A stretch of DNA of 64,000 bases, taken from IMG/VR virus record IMGVR_UViG_3300046675_000234, positions 17,692-81,691 of that record, one strand, 5' to 3'. The DNA is from a virus. Below are positions 28,669-37,595 of this stretch, one piece after another. Within the stretch, counting starts at the first letter, position 1; every line of letters starts with the position of its first letter. A program made the position numbers and the translations under genes. Below the pieces are notes generated by a model. That model was not told the origin of the DNA. It saw nothing but the letters and a program-made list of their open reading frames with translations, and searched no databases.

Positions 28669-29220
28669 TCACTCGCCAGCCGCCGCGTCGATCTTGGCCT
28701 GCTCCCACAGCGCGGGCCAGTCGATCGGCTCGGGCGGCGGCGCGGGCATGATCATCGCGTGCTCGGGCCGCAGCCCGCCCCTGATGCCGAGCGCGGTCAT
28801 GATCATCGTCAGCTTGTGGTCGAGCAGCTCCAGCGTGACGGGCTCGGGAGCGGGCAGCGCAGGACCCGCCCAGTCGGGTGCCGCTGCCACGGCCTCGGCC
28901 ATCCCCGGCAGGGCGTCCTGGGCGTAGTCATGACCGCTCGGGTGGCGCTCGATCGAGGCGGCGAGCTGCTCCGGGGTGACCCCCGCGTCGGACGCGGCGG
29001 CCACCAGCCGCTGCTGCCGGTACTCGCCGGTAACAACCTCCCACGCCTCAGCCAGCCCCTGCTCCGAGTCGAGCAGTCCCCGCTGTCGCAGGTGCCCCTC
29101 TATGCTCACAGGACTCGACAGACGGGGCTTGTCGGGGAGGTCTTTCCAGTACCTCGCAACCCATCCCACCTGGTCTTCTCTGCTCCGCTGGTCCATCAGC
29201 CACGCGCTAAAAGTTGCCAT
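28669..29220 (-). CDS. YozE/SAM-like N-terminal domain protein
   Basis: TFSAWLMDQRSREDQVGWVAR. Confidence 0.65.
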   Translation of the reverse strand: MATFSAWLMDQRSREDQVGWVARYWKDLPDKPRLSSPVSIEGHLRQRGLLDSEQGLAEAWEVVTGEYRQQRLVAAASDAGVTPEQLAASIERHPSGHDYAQDALPGMAEAVAAAPDWAGPALPAPEPVTLELLDHKLTMIMTALGIRGGLRPEHAMIMPAPPPEPIDWPALWEQAKIDAAAGE

Positions 29221-29415
29221 GAGTAACCATCCGCTCCCTCATCGTAGTCGTGCGGCCCGGCCCCGCCCCAGGGGAACCCCCGCAGGGCACCCAGGACGGG
29301 GCCGGTCCGTGCCCTCCACCCTACCGCCTGAGTACACCGGAAGCACCCCATTCCTTCAAGTTCTAGATGAGATCCTGGATTCCTCGTTGCGGGCGGGCGT
29401 GCCTGTCTCTCTTAC

Positions 29416-29528
29416 CCCTCTCTTTTTCTTTTTCTCTAGTCCATAAAGGTATAGAACGGACACCCGCACACCCGCTACACCCGCAGACACCCGCTGTGTA
29501 TTTCCATCCGCAATACCCGCACACCCGC
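29416..29528. other. putative replication origin: AT-rich tract + ACACCCGC iterons
   Basis: 5 perfect ACACCCGC (29460, 29468, 29477, 29487, 29521) + 2 degenerate, next to a T-rich tract and downstream of the ATPase gene. Confidence 0.7.
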
Positions 29529-29548
29529 AGATTCTGTGTTTACACACC

Positions 29549-31039
29549 CTAGATTTGCGGGGGTACGTTTTGTACCCACGCAGAGGAATTGACGCCATCC
29601 TGGATGAATCTAGACGGCGGTACGAGCAAGATCCTGCGTGACTTCGTGTGCGTGTCCAGCGGTCTCCTGACCGTCCAGCCGTTGGCCGTCAGTGCCGCCG
29701 TGCACCGGTCGAGCCGCGAGCTGACGAGCCGTGGCGTCCACTCTCTCCCGGCTAGCTGGGGGAGCATCAGGAAGGTCATCAGCTCCCGTGAGGTGCCCTG
29801 CCACGGGGCCGTGATCCGCTCGGTGATCAGCCAGCTCACCACATCATCATCGACCAGCTCGGAATAGCTGCGGGACTGGCCTTCCTTCCACGCCGACAGT
29901 GCCTGCGTGCCCCACATCGCATCGCACGCCGTCAGCACCCGCGCGAAGTCCGGCATAGTCTCCCCGCCAGGCGCAGTAATGTTCGGCAGCATCGCCATTA
30001 CCCTGCACACCATGTCGAACAGCCAGCCGAGCGCGGCCGGGTGCGCCGCTGACCACGCGGCGTCCAGCTCGGCGTCACCGAGATACCGGTCAGGCGGCAT
30101 CAGCTCGTGCACCGCTGCCCTGCGCACCAGGTCACCCCGGATGCTCATCTCCACGGTGTTGATCACCACGGATACCGGGTCGAACCGCATGGCGAACAGC
30201 TCGGCGTCCTTGTAGAGCTTGCGGCTCGCGTAGCTGTCACCGCTGGCCGCCCGGCAGATCAGGTCCGACTGGTAGTGGCTCAGCCCGCTGATGTTGTCGT
30301 GGCCGATGCAGTGCGTGTTGGATGCCAGCGCCGCCCAGTCCTTCGGGTCCTTGGGCATCTGGGCCATGAAGCCGCCCAGCCAGGCCACCGTCATCTCGGT
30401 GGTCCGGGTCTTGGCCGTTCCCGGCTGGCCGGTGAATATCTCCGCTGGCAGCGTCACGTCCGGCATGCAGGCCATGATCCGGCAGGCGCAGTAGACCGCC
30501 TTGGCGTCCCAGTCGCGCAGGTTGACCAGGGCCAGCGCGGGTCCGGCTCCTTCCGGCGTGCGCGACGGCAGCGGCAGCTCGACGTTGAACGCGCTGCGGC
30601 GGAACAGCGCCACGCCCTGCGTGATCATCCAGCCTTGCGGTGAGCACAGCACGACCGCGCCGTCATCGCGTCCGAGGTCGATGGCTATCCGGTTGTCGCT
30701 GGTCCGCGCGGTGCGCAGGTGCGGTCTGGCTTTCGGCATGGTTCCCGCCTCGCCCCTGATGATGCCCATGACCGCGCCCAGCGTGGTGTCGCTGGTAGTC
30801 ATGTCGAGCAGGTTGTACAGATGCGATGCCAGCCGGTCCCGCAGGCTGACCGCGCCGTCCAGCGGGATCGCTATGCCGGGCACGGCCTTGTCCACCACGT
30901 AGGGCTCACCGCCAGGCGATGCCCCGAGCGCGTAGTTGTCCTTGAAGATCGCCAGCAGTGCCCGCTGCGCCGGGATCTTGGCACCGGTCGGCGCGGCCTT
31001 GGCTACTTCAGCATTCCAGGCATCCCCCAGCGCGGCCAT
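29549..31039 (-). CDS. replicative ATPase/helicase-like protein
   Basis: Walker A GQPGTAKT, GHDNIS, RKLYKD; near Prim-Pol. Confidence 0.8.
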   Translation of the reverse strand: MAALGDAWNAEVAKAAPTGAKIPAQRALLAIFKDNYALGASPGGEPYVVDKAVPGIAIPLDGAVSLRDRLASHLYNLLDMTTSDTTLGAVMGIIRGEAGTMPKARPHLRTARTSDNRIAIDLGRDDGAVVLCSPQGWMITQGVALFRRSAFNVELPLPSRTPEGAGPALALVNLRDWDAKAVYCACRIMACMPDVTLPAEIFTGQPGTAKTRTTEMTVAWLGGFMAQMPKDPKDWAALASNTHCIGHDNISGLSHYQSDLICRAASGDSYASRKLYKDAELFAMRFDPVSVVINTVEMSIRGDLVRRAAVHELMPPDRYLGDAELDAAWSAAHPAALGWLFDMVCRVMAMLPNITAPGGETMPDFARVLTACDAMWGTQALSAWKEGQSRSYSELVDDDVVSWLITERITAPWQGTSRELMTFLMLPQLAGREWTPRLVSSRLDRCTAALTANGWTVRRPLDTHTKSRRILLVPPSRFIQDGVNSSAWVQNVPPQI

Positions 31040-31443
31040 CAGGCGCTCGCCACTGAGTACACCGTGACAGATAGCTGCTGATCAGCTAGGATCATCATCG
31101 TTACGTGCTCCTGTCTCCGCAGGGGTATGGCCACGCAGCGCCTTGTCCAGGGAGCGCCGCGAAGGCGTTGACGGCGCGGGCCGGTTCTCAATGCGACTTG
31201 GGGACCAGCCCGCCCGTTCACACTAGCCCCGTACCGGCGCGTAGGGCAGGCCCGGAGCCGGGTGATCTTCACGGATCGACTCCGCAGCACTCGGCCAGCC
31301 AGCCGTCCTCGGCCTCGTAGAACCGGATCAGCTCACCGGCTGCGTACCGCGCGCCGCAGCCCCGGCAGTACCCGTCATACCGGCTCAGTATCCAGGTGCC
31401 CAGCCCGGAAGAGCGCTGCACCATCCGCCACAGCGCCTCCCAG

Positions 31444-31653
31444 TCATAACTCAGCGGCGGCAGCCGCCCTGCGCGCCCGTCCATCCATGTACGCCCTCCA
31501 CCGGGCCATGTGCACGTCCTCGGTCGGCTTCCCTACCGTCTTGCCCGGCTTGGGCACGTACGCCACGCACCGCTCCCCGGCCGCAGCCCCGCAGGCATCG
31601 CACCCGACCGCCGCCCGGATGGTCGGCCGGATGCCGGGGTTACGCCTGCCCAT
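31444..31653 (-). CDS. small Zn-finger protein
   Basis: CDACGAAAGERC..HMAR. Confidence 0.6.
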   Translation of the reverse strand: MGRRNPGIRPTIRAAVGCDACGAAAGERCVAYVPKPGKTVGKPTEDVHMARWRAYMDGRARRAAAAAEL

Positions 31654-32593
31654 GCCCCGCCTTCCAGGCGGTGAACGCCATCCGCTCCTTCTGCTCCTGG
31701 TCCCGGATGAACTTGCGCGCCGATTCGACAGACACCAGCACCTCACGCCAGGGGTAGTCGATATGGCTGCTGGCTTCCCAGATCTCCCGGATGATGCTGA
31801 GCACGATCTCCGAGACCTCCAGGTGCGTGCCGTACCGGCGGTAGAGCGAGCACGCGGCCCGGTACATGGTGCGGTTGCGCTCCCCGACCGGGATGCCGGT
31901 CTTCACCAGCTCCGTGATATCGGGAGGCGGATCAGCAGCCCCTGCCTGCTGCTGATTCGCCGGGGCGCTGCCCAGCCAGCCGCCTACCCAGTCAGGAGCC
32001 TGCGGCGCTGAGCACGGGCAGCCGCGCTCCCACGTATAGGGAACCGGGATCTGCTCAACTCGCTCGCCATCCAGCCCCATCGGCATCACCAGCCGCGCGC
32101 TCGGGGCCGCGATCACCAGCCCGCCGTCCCCTTTCGCGTCCACGCCCGGCAAGATGCCCGGCCTCTCGGGCACTGCCGCCCAGGCAGGAGTCCGCATCCA
32201 GATGTGGTAGCCGCCAGACGGGGTGCGCGCCAGCGGGTAGCTGGTCAGCTCCGTGACCGGTGCTCCGGTCAGGAACTGCGCTAGTGACTCGATGCCGTTG
32301 TGCTCGCCCTTGACGTCCAGGTCGATAACGGCGAGCGCGGAGACCTGCCCCGTCGCAACCCCGATGCTCGCGGCGGGATCTTGCGACCACCACTCGCGTA
32401 TCTGTGCCGGGTCAGTGCTGGCCCAGTGCACCCCGCCTTGCGGCGGGAGCATCCGGTGCGGCTTCTTGCCTCCGCGCTCGCACGGGACGACAGCGTAACC
32501 CCACGAGGCGTACCGCAGGGCCGCAATGCCGAAACCGATCGAGCGCGCCTCATCACCAGCGGGCATCCCCCACTGATGGCCGCAGCCGCTCAC
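31640..32593 (-). CDS. bifunctional DNA primase/polymerase (Prim-Pol)
   Basis: ASTDPAQIREWW, IGVATG, VIDLD, RTPSGGYH, GVDAKGDGGLVIAAPS. Confidence 0.92.
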   Translation of the reverse strand: MSGCGHQWGMPAGDEARSIGFGIAALRYASWGYAVVPCERGGKKPHRMLPPQGGVHWASTDPAQIREWWSQDPAASIGVATGQVSALAVIDLDVKGEHNGIESLAQFLTGAPVTELTSYPLARTPSGGYHIWMRTPAWAAVPERPGILPGVDAKGDGGLVIAAPSARLVMPMGLDGERVEQIPVPYTWERGCPCSAPQAPDWVGGWLGSAPANQQQAGAADPPPDITELVKTGIPVGERNRTMYRAACSLYRRYGTHLEVSEIVLSIIREIWEASSHIDYPWREVLVSVESARKFIRDQEQKERMAFTAWKAGHGQA

Positions 32594-32841
32594 CGGCTCT
32601 CCATCACGCTGGCCAGGCGGTCTACCGCCTTCGCCAGCCCGTCGAGTGAGTCGGACACCTCGCTGAGCCCGGCGTGCACTGCCGAGCCCGCATCAAATAC
32701 CGCCTGGCCGACCGGCACACTCAGGTTCTGTCCGGCGAGAGCCATGGCGATGCCCTCAAGGAACTGGAGGTTCTGGTTGAGGACTTTGCCGATGCCGTCT
32801 AGTGCCTCGATCTGCGTGGTGCTCGCGCTGTCGCTCATCAC
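32590..32841 (-). CDS. hypothetical protein
   Basis: coupled ORF. Confidence 0.6.
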   Translation of the reverse strand: MMSDSASTTQIEALDGIGKVLNQNLQFLEGIAMALAGQNLSVPVGQAVFDAGSAVHAGLSEVSDSLDGLAKAVDRLASVMESR

Positions 32842-33068
32842 TGCGCCGCCCGCTGCGCCTCGGGCGTCAGCAACTTGGCGAACAGCTCATCGAAACTCAG
32901 CGGCGAGGTCTGCACCGACGCGACCACGACCCGCCGGTTGAACACCTCCACCAGCCCGAACGTGTAGGTATCCGCGCCGAGCCGGTACATGCCCTGCTCG
33001 ACCGCCTCTGCGGAAACCTCGTACTGCTGGCCTTTCAGCGGGCCGTCCAGCCAGACCGGTGATGCCAT
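32838..33068 (-). CDS. hypothetical protein
   Basis: LDGPLKG motif; AACGATGAGG leader. Confidence 0.7.
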   Translation of the reverse strand: MASPVWLDGPLKGQQYEVSAEAVEQGMYRLGADTYTFGLVEVFNRRVVVASVQTSPLSFDELFAKLLTPEAQRAAQ

Positions 33069-33121
33069 GTCTCTCCCTCATCGTTGCTGTACTCACCAGC
33101 AGCCTACCCCTGGTACGGTCG

Positions 33122-33152
33122 GGAATGCGGCGTAAACACCCGGTGTTGACAC
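33122..33152 (+). promoter_or_regulatory. SigR/SigH-type promoter with two operator copies at the strand divergence
   Basis: GGAAT-N18-GTT; GCGTAAACAC and GTGTTGACAC. Confidence 0.75.
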
Positions 33153-33227
33153 CGCTGCGGCACCATCCCTGCCGCGAACGATCCAGTGGTCTACCGGCGA
33201 GAGCAGGTGACCAAGGAAGGGGTAAGC

Positions 33228-33941
33228 ATGCCCCGTAGTAACAGCACCGCCATCCCCGACACCAACGGCAGCCCGCAGGCGGCTGCCGTTGCCCTGGGGG
33301 TCCTCGCCGCATACGCGGACGAGGGCTACCTGAAGGAAGACGGGACCGGCATCGACACCGCCAAGGTCCGGGCCAAGATCCTGGAAGTCGTGCGCGAGCA
33401 CAAGGTCTTGACCTGGAAGGACCGCGCTACCAAGGCGATCCGGCGCGGCGATGTGGTCAGGGCGGTTTTCCCGTCCCTGCCAGCCCCGCCGGACGGCTTC
33501 TCCGAGACCGAGGACCCGCAGCTCGCCAAGGCGGTCTGGGGCAAGGTCTACGGCGATATGTGGCTGCACCTGTCGGTGAGCGCGACCAGCGCTCTCCAGC
33601 AGCTCGTCGGCGCGTCCATGGGTAACGGGTACGTGCTGGTGAGGACCAGCCTGGACTCGCCCCGCCCGGACGCGGTGTACATCACCGACGACCGGACCTG
33701 CATCGACCGCGACCTGCGCAAGCCCGAGAACGACGCGGCCGAGCGCAAGATCAGGTCCGTGCTGGCGACCGTCTCGATGCTGGCCATGCGCCAGCCCGAG
33801 AACGCGAAGCACTATGCCAAGGGCGGCAACGATTTCCTGCGGCACCTCCAGGTGTCCGGCCGGGATCAGATCGCTCTCGCGGTCGCGTCAGCCAGCGGTA
33901 ACGGCGACGAGCCCGGCGACGAGCCCGGCGGCGACGAGTAG
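33228..33941 (+). CDS. hypothetical protein
   Basis: AAGGAAGG RBS. Confidence 0.8.
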   Translation: MPRSNSTAIPDTNGSPQAAAVALGVLAAYADEGYLKEDGTGIDTAKVRAKILEVVREHKVLTWKDRATKAIRRGDVVRAVFPSLPAPPDGFSETEDPQLAKAVWGKVYGDMWLHLSVSATSALQQLVGASMGNGYVLVRTSLDSPRPDAVYITDDRTCIDRDLRKPENDAAERKIRSVLATVSMLAMRQPENAKHYAKGGNDFLRHLQVSGRDQIALAVASASGNGDEPGDEPGGDE

Positions 33942-33997
33942 AACCGGGAGAAGGTGAACGGGGGCGCGGGCAGCGATGACCCGCGCCCCTGGCAGCT

Positions 33998-34990
33998 ATG
34001 GACATATTCTCAGATGACCCGCTGGTCCAGGAAGCGCGCAGGCACTCGGGCCGCATCGTCAACGCGATGGCTGGCCTGGCCGGGCTGATCCAGTATGCCT
34101 GGGACCGGCGCTATGACCGCGTGCTCGGCTACGCGAGCTGGCAGGCGTACTGCGTCGGTGAGTTCGGCAGCGGCGAGGTTGCCATGAAGGCCCGCCAGAT
34201 CGTGGTCTCCCTGCTGTCCGACGCGGGCATGTCCCAGCGCTCGATCGCAGAGCAGACCGGCGCATCCCAGAAGACAGTCAGCCGGGACCTCTCGGCGGGT
34301 GAGTCATCCGTGACTCAGTTGAACGACAATCAGCAACCGGAGGTGACGCAGAGTAACCCGCAGACCGTGCGGGGGAAGGACGGACGAGTGCACCCGAGAG
34401 TGAAGCGGCCGAAGCCGACGCCAGCCGCGATCGGCGCGCTGCGCAAGGAGATCGAGAAGCGGCTGAAGGCCGGTAAGAAGACTGACTTCCGCCAGCTCAT
34501 GACCCAGTTCGAGATGAGCCAGAGCGTCGTGCAGACCCAGATCCAGGTGGTCAGGGCGCTGCTGGAGGACAGGAGCCAGCGCCCGGCAAGCCGGACGCAG
34601 ACCTGGAACGGCAGGTCACGCACGGCACGGCAGAAGGAGATCAAGCTCGCCCGCACGGCATCCGACGCGGCGAACTACCTCAAGATGATGGATCTCCAGG
34701 CGGTGATCTGGAGGCTGTGCGCGGTACTGGAGAACTTCCATATCGAGGACATGCCGCTAGACGAGCACACGCTGCGGACGATCACCGACCTGCTCGATGA
34801 CCTGATCAGCCTCGGTATCTGGCACAACCGGACGCTGACCGCCGTAAAGGGCTGGGTCGGCAGCGCCGACCGGCGGCGCAGGATCGAGCAACTGCGCAAC
34901 GTGGATGGCCGACTGCCCGAGGAAGCCAGGGCATTCCTGGCGATGGCCGACAAGCTGGAGCGCGAGCTGGCCCTGACGCCAGCGGAGTGA
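33998..34990 (+). CDS. HTH DNA-binding protein
   Basis: LGYASWQAYC..GMSQRSIAEQTGASQKTVSRDL..GKDGR. Confidence 0.8.
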   Translation: MDIFSDDPLVQEARRHSGRIVNAMAGLAGLIQYAWDRRYDRVLGYASWQAYCVGEFGSGEVAMKARQIVVSLLSDAGMSQRSIAEQTGASQKTVSRDLSAGESSVTQLNDNQQPEVTQSNPQTVRGKDGRVHPRVKRPKPTPAAIGALRKEIEKRLKAGKKTDFRQLMTQFEMSQSVVQTQIQVVRALLEDRSQRPASRTQTWNGRSRTARQKEIKLARTASDAANYLKMMDLQAVIWRLCAVLENFHIEDMPLDEHTLRTITDLLDDLISLGIWHNRTLTAVKGWVGSADRRRRIEQLRNVDGRLPEEARAFLAMADKLERELALTPAE

Positions 34991-35002
34991 AAGGAGAAGA
35001 TC

Positions 35003-35956
35003 ATGGGTGAACGCCCGAGAGGCCCGATGCCGGGCTGGAGTCCGAAGGGGGACTTCCAGGCCGCGCTGCTGGCCGACATAGTAGACCGGCTGAACCAGCA
35101 CGACCGCGAGGGCACGCTGCCGCGCTCCCCGCGAGGGCTGTTCTACGACCTGCGCCCGAGCGGGTTTGGCCGGGGCATCACGTACACCAAGTACCCGGCC
35201 ATGCGGGTGACCGCATCCGGGCAGAAGCGCAAGGTCAACCCGATGGACGCCAGCGTTGCCAGCGTCCAGGAAGTGCTGGCACTCGCCCGGCGGGCCGGGA
35301 TCATCAGCGAGAACTGGATTGAGGACACCCGCGCGCCCGTCCCGGCAGTGCCGTCCTACGATGACGGCGAGACCGCCGAGAGCCTGGCCGCATCGCTCGC
35401 GGACTGGGTGCGCAACCCGTCCCTGGAATACAGCCCGCAGGAAGGCCAGGAGACACACCTGGAGGTACTGGTGGAGGCCGCTGGCCTGATCAGCCGCCTG
35501 GAGCGGGTGGCCGCGCCCTACGGGGTGCCGGTCTACTCCGGTGGCGGCTACGACGGCATCAAGGGCAAGCGGGCGGCGGGCAACCGCGCCGCGCGCCGCG
35601 ACGTGCCGACCGTGGTGCTGCGGGTCAGCGACTACGACGATCACGGGCTGGCACTGGCACGGGCGTCTTCCGAGGACAGCATCGCCTGGGCCGAGCGGTA
35701 CTACGACGCGGAGCCCGGATGGCTCTCGTTCGAGCGCATCGCGCTGACGCAGGACCAGGCGGCGGACGCCGACCTGCTCGACCAGTTCGGCAAGGCCGAG
35801 GCGGACGGGCTGCCGGTGCAGGTGATGGACCAGATCCTCACCGACGCCATCGAGGGCTACCAGGACCCGGATATCCGCCAGGAGAACATCGAGCGCGCGG
35901 CCGGTGAGCGCGAGCGCGTTCCCGCCCTGGTGCGAGAGCTGCTGAGCCAGTCATGA
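35003..35956 (+). CDS. Topo VI-A/Spo11/JetD-like Toprim nuclease
   Basis: RGLFY; EVLVE..GGGY..SDYDDHG..ERIAL..EADGL. Confidence 0.75.
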   Translation: MGERPRGPMPGWSPKGDFQAALLADIVDRLNQHDREGTLPRSPRGLFYDLRPSGFGRGITYTKYPAMRVTASGQKRKVNPMDASVASVQEVLALARRAGIISENWIEDTRAPVPAVPSYDDGETAESLAASLADWVRNPSLEYSPQEGQETHLEVLVEAAGLISRLERVAAPYGVPVYSGGGYDGIKGKRAAGNRAARRDVPTVVLRVSDYDDHGLALARASSEDSIAWAERYYDAEPGWLSFERIALTQDQAADADLLDQFGKAEADGLPVQVMDQILTDAIEGYQDPDIRQENIERAAGERERVPALVRELLSQS

Positions 35957-36180
35957 GTCGCAGGCACAAGATGCGGGCCAAGTCCGGCAAGCAGCTCGCG
36001 GAGAAGATCCGCGCCGCCTGCCCGGACGCGGTGATCGTCCTGACCGGGAACGGCCACCTGAAGGTGACCGGTCCCGGCGGGACCGCGTTCATCCCGAGCG
36101 CGCCGCCGGACACCCCGAGCGCCCGCTACGAGACGCGCAACAAGCTGCGCTCTCACGCGGGAATCGTCATCGCTACCTGA
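35953..36180 (+). CDS. HicA-like protein
   Basis: TGNGHLKV..IPSAP..RNKLR; 75 aa, basic. Confidence 0.65.
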   Translation: MSRRHKMRAKSGKQLAEKIRAACPDAVIVLTGNGHLKVTGPGGTAFIPSAPPDTPSARYETRNKLRSHAGIVIAT

Positions 36181-36207
36181 GCGCCTGCGCATCCGCCCAG
36201 GCCAGCG

Positions 36208-36238
36208 GGAAGCTACCGGTCAGTTATCCTGTTTACAA
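36208..36238 (+). promoter_or_regulatory. dual SigR-like and sigma-A-like promoter with operator variant
   Basis: GGAAG-N18-GTT; TATCCT-GTTTACAA. Confidence 0.55.
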
Positions 36239-36272
36239 CGAGCATGATGACGATGATGAATAAGGTGCCGAG

Positions 36273-36758
36273 ATGACGCTAGTGGTTGCCGGACGAGAAA
36301 TCGGGGGCGTGCTGGCCTGCCCGCCGATCTCGACAGCACGCAGGCGCGGCCGGTGGTTCGTCCTGGAGCTGTACGCGCTGGATGACGGCGGCTGGCTGGT
36401 GCACCGCACCGGCATGTCCGTGATCTACCACCGGGCGGACACGCTGTGCCAGACCAGGACCGGTGCCCAGAGCGGCGACCCGGCCCGCCTTGATGACCTG
36501 CCCGACGACGCCGACCCCTGCGACGTGTGCGAGCCCGAGTACCCCGAAGACCTGCCGGACGAGCCGGGCATCATCCGGTACGAGTTCCCGAGGCATAGCT
36601 GGGATGAGTGCGAGACGCCAGCCGTGGTGAAGATCCGGCTGACCACCGTCCGCAGCCGCGACGGCTCGGTCAGCGAGTTCACGTCCAAGCCAGTGGACCG
36701 GCTGCTGCGCAGCGCGGCGCTGGCTTACCCCGAGTTCGCGCCGCTGCTCGCAGCATGA
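36273..36758 (+). CDS. hypothetical protein
   Basis: RWFVLELY..S.IYH..PCDVC.P. Confidence 0.75.
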   Translation: MTLVVAGREIGGVLACPPISTARRRGRWFVLELYALDDGGWLVHRTGMSVIYHRADTLCQTRTGAQSGDPARLDDLPDDADPCDVCEPEYPEDLPDEPGIIRYEFPRHSWDECETPAVVKIRLTTVRSRDGSVSEFTSKPVDRLLRSAALAYPEFAPLLAA

Positions 36759-36980
36759 CGTAGGGTGTAAACGCCCCGGCCCGCGCTCACCCCCCAGGCG
36801 CGGCCGGGTGCTCAACGATGAGGAAGCACTGATGAACGAGCCAGCCGAAGACCCGCGAGAGCACTACGCGGTCCTGGTGGTGGACCTGCCGCCGACCGAG
36901 ATCAAGTGCAAGTGCGGGGAGCGGTTCTGGGACGATGACCCGATCGGGCAGATGAAAGCCCACATGGATGAGCTGAACTG

Positions 36981-37430
36981 ATGCCCGGCAAGGGGCCGCT
37001 GAACTGGTCCACGTCGGTCCCGGCGGACAGGACCGCGATGGAGTGCATCGCCATCCTGATCAAGCACGGGGCGAGGAACGTGGGCATGTCACTGGGCGAG
37101 GACCGGGTGCCGGACGGGCTGGATTTCGTGGTCAGCACGCCGTGGGGCCTCCAGCAGTACTCGCTGCCCATCAACATGAGCGGCACCGAGAAGGCGCTGA
37201 AGAAGGCGTGGCGCGAGCACCGGATCGAGCCCCGGTTCGCCACCCCCGAGCACGCCCGCCGGGTTGCCTGGCGGGTGATCAAGGACTGGCTGGAATCCCA
37301 GCTCGCGCTGGTGGAGGCTGGCGTGGCCGACCTGCCGCAGGTGATGCTGTCGTTCATGAAGGTCAGCGTGAACCAGACGATGTACGAGGCCGTGGTCGAG
37401 AACCAGATGCGGGCACTGGAGCAGGGCTGA
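36981..37430 (+). CDS. conserved phage hypothetical protein
   Basis: ARRVAWRVIKDWLESQLA motif. Confidence 0.8.
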   Translation: MPGKGPLNWSTSVPADRTAMECIAILIKHGARNVGMSLGEDRVPDGLDFVVSTPWGLQQYSLPINMSGTEKALKKAWREHRIEPRFATPEHARRVAWRVIKDWLESQLALVEAGVADLPQVMLSFMKVSVNQTMYEAVVENQMRALEQG

Positions 37431-37595
37431 TGTACGAGTGCCCGTCCTGCGGGGCGAAGGGCCTGGTGCTCCGGGCCATGTCCGATCCGGGCAGCCCGTA
37501 CCGCCGCGTGATCTGGCGGCTGTGGTGCGACGGCCCGGAGCCGCACGAGTGGATCGCCATCGCGGGCACCGTGATCACGATCAGCAAGGAGACCG

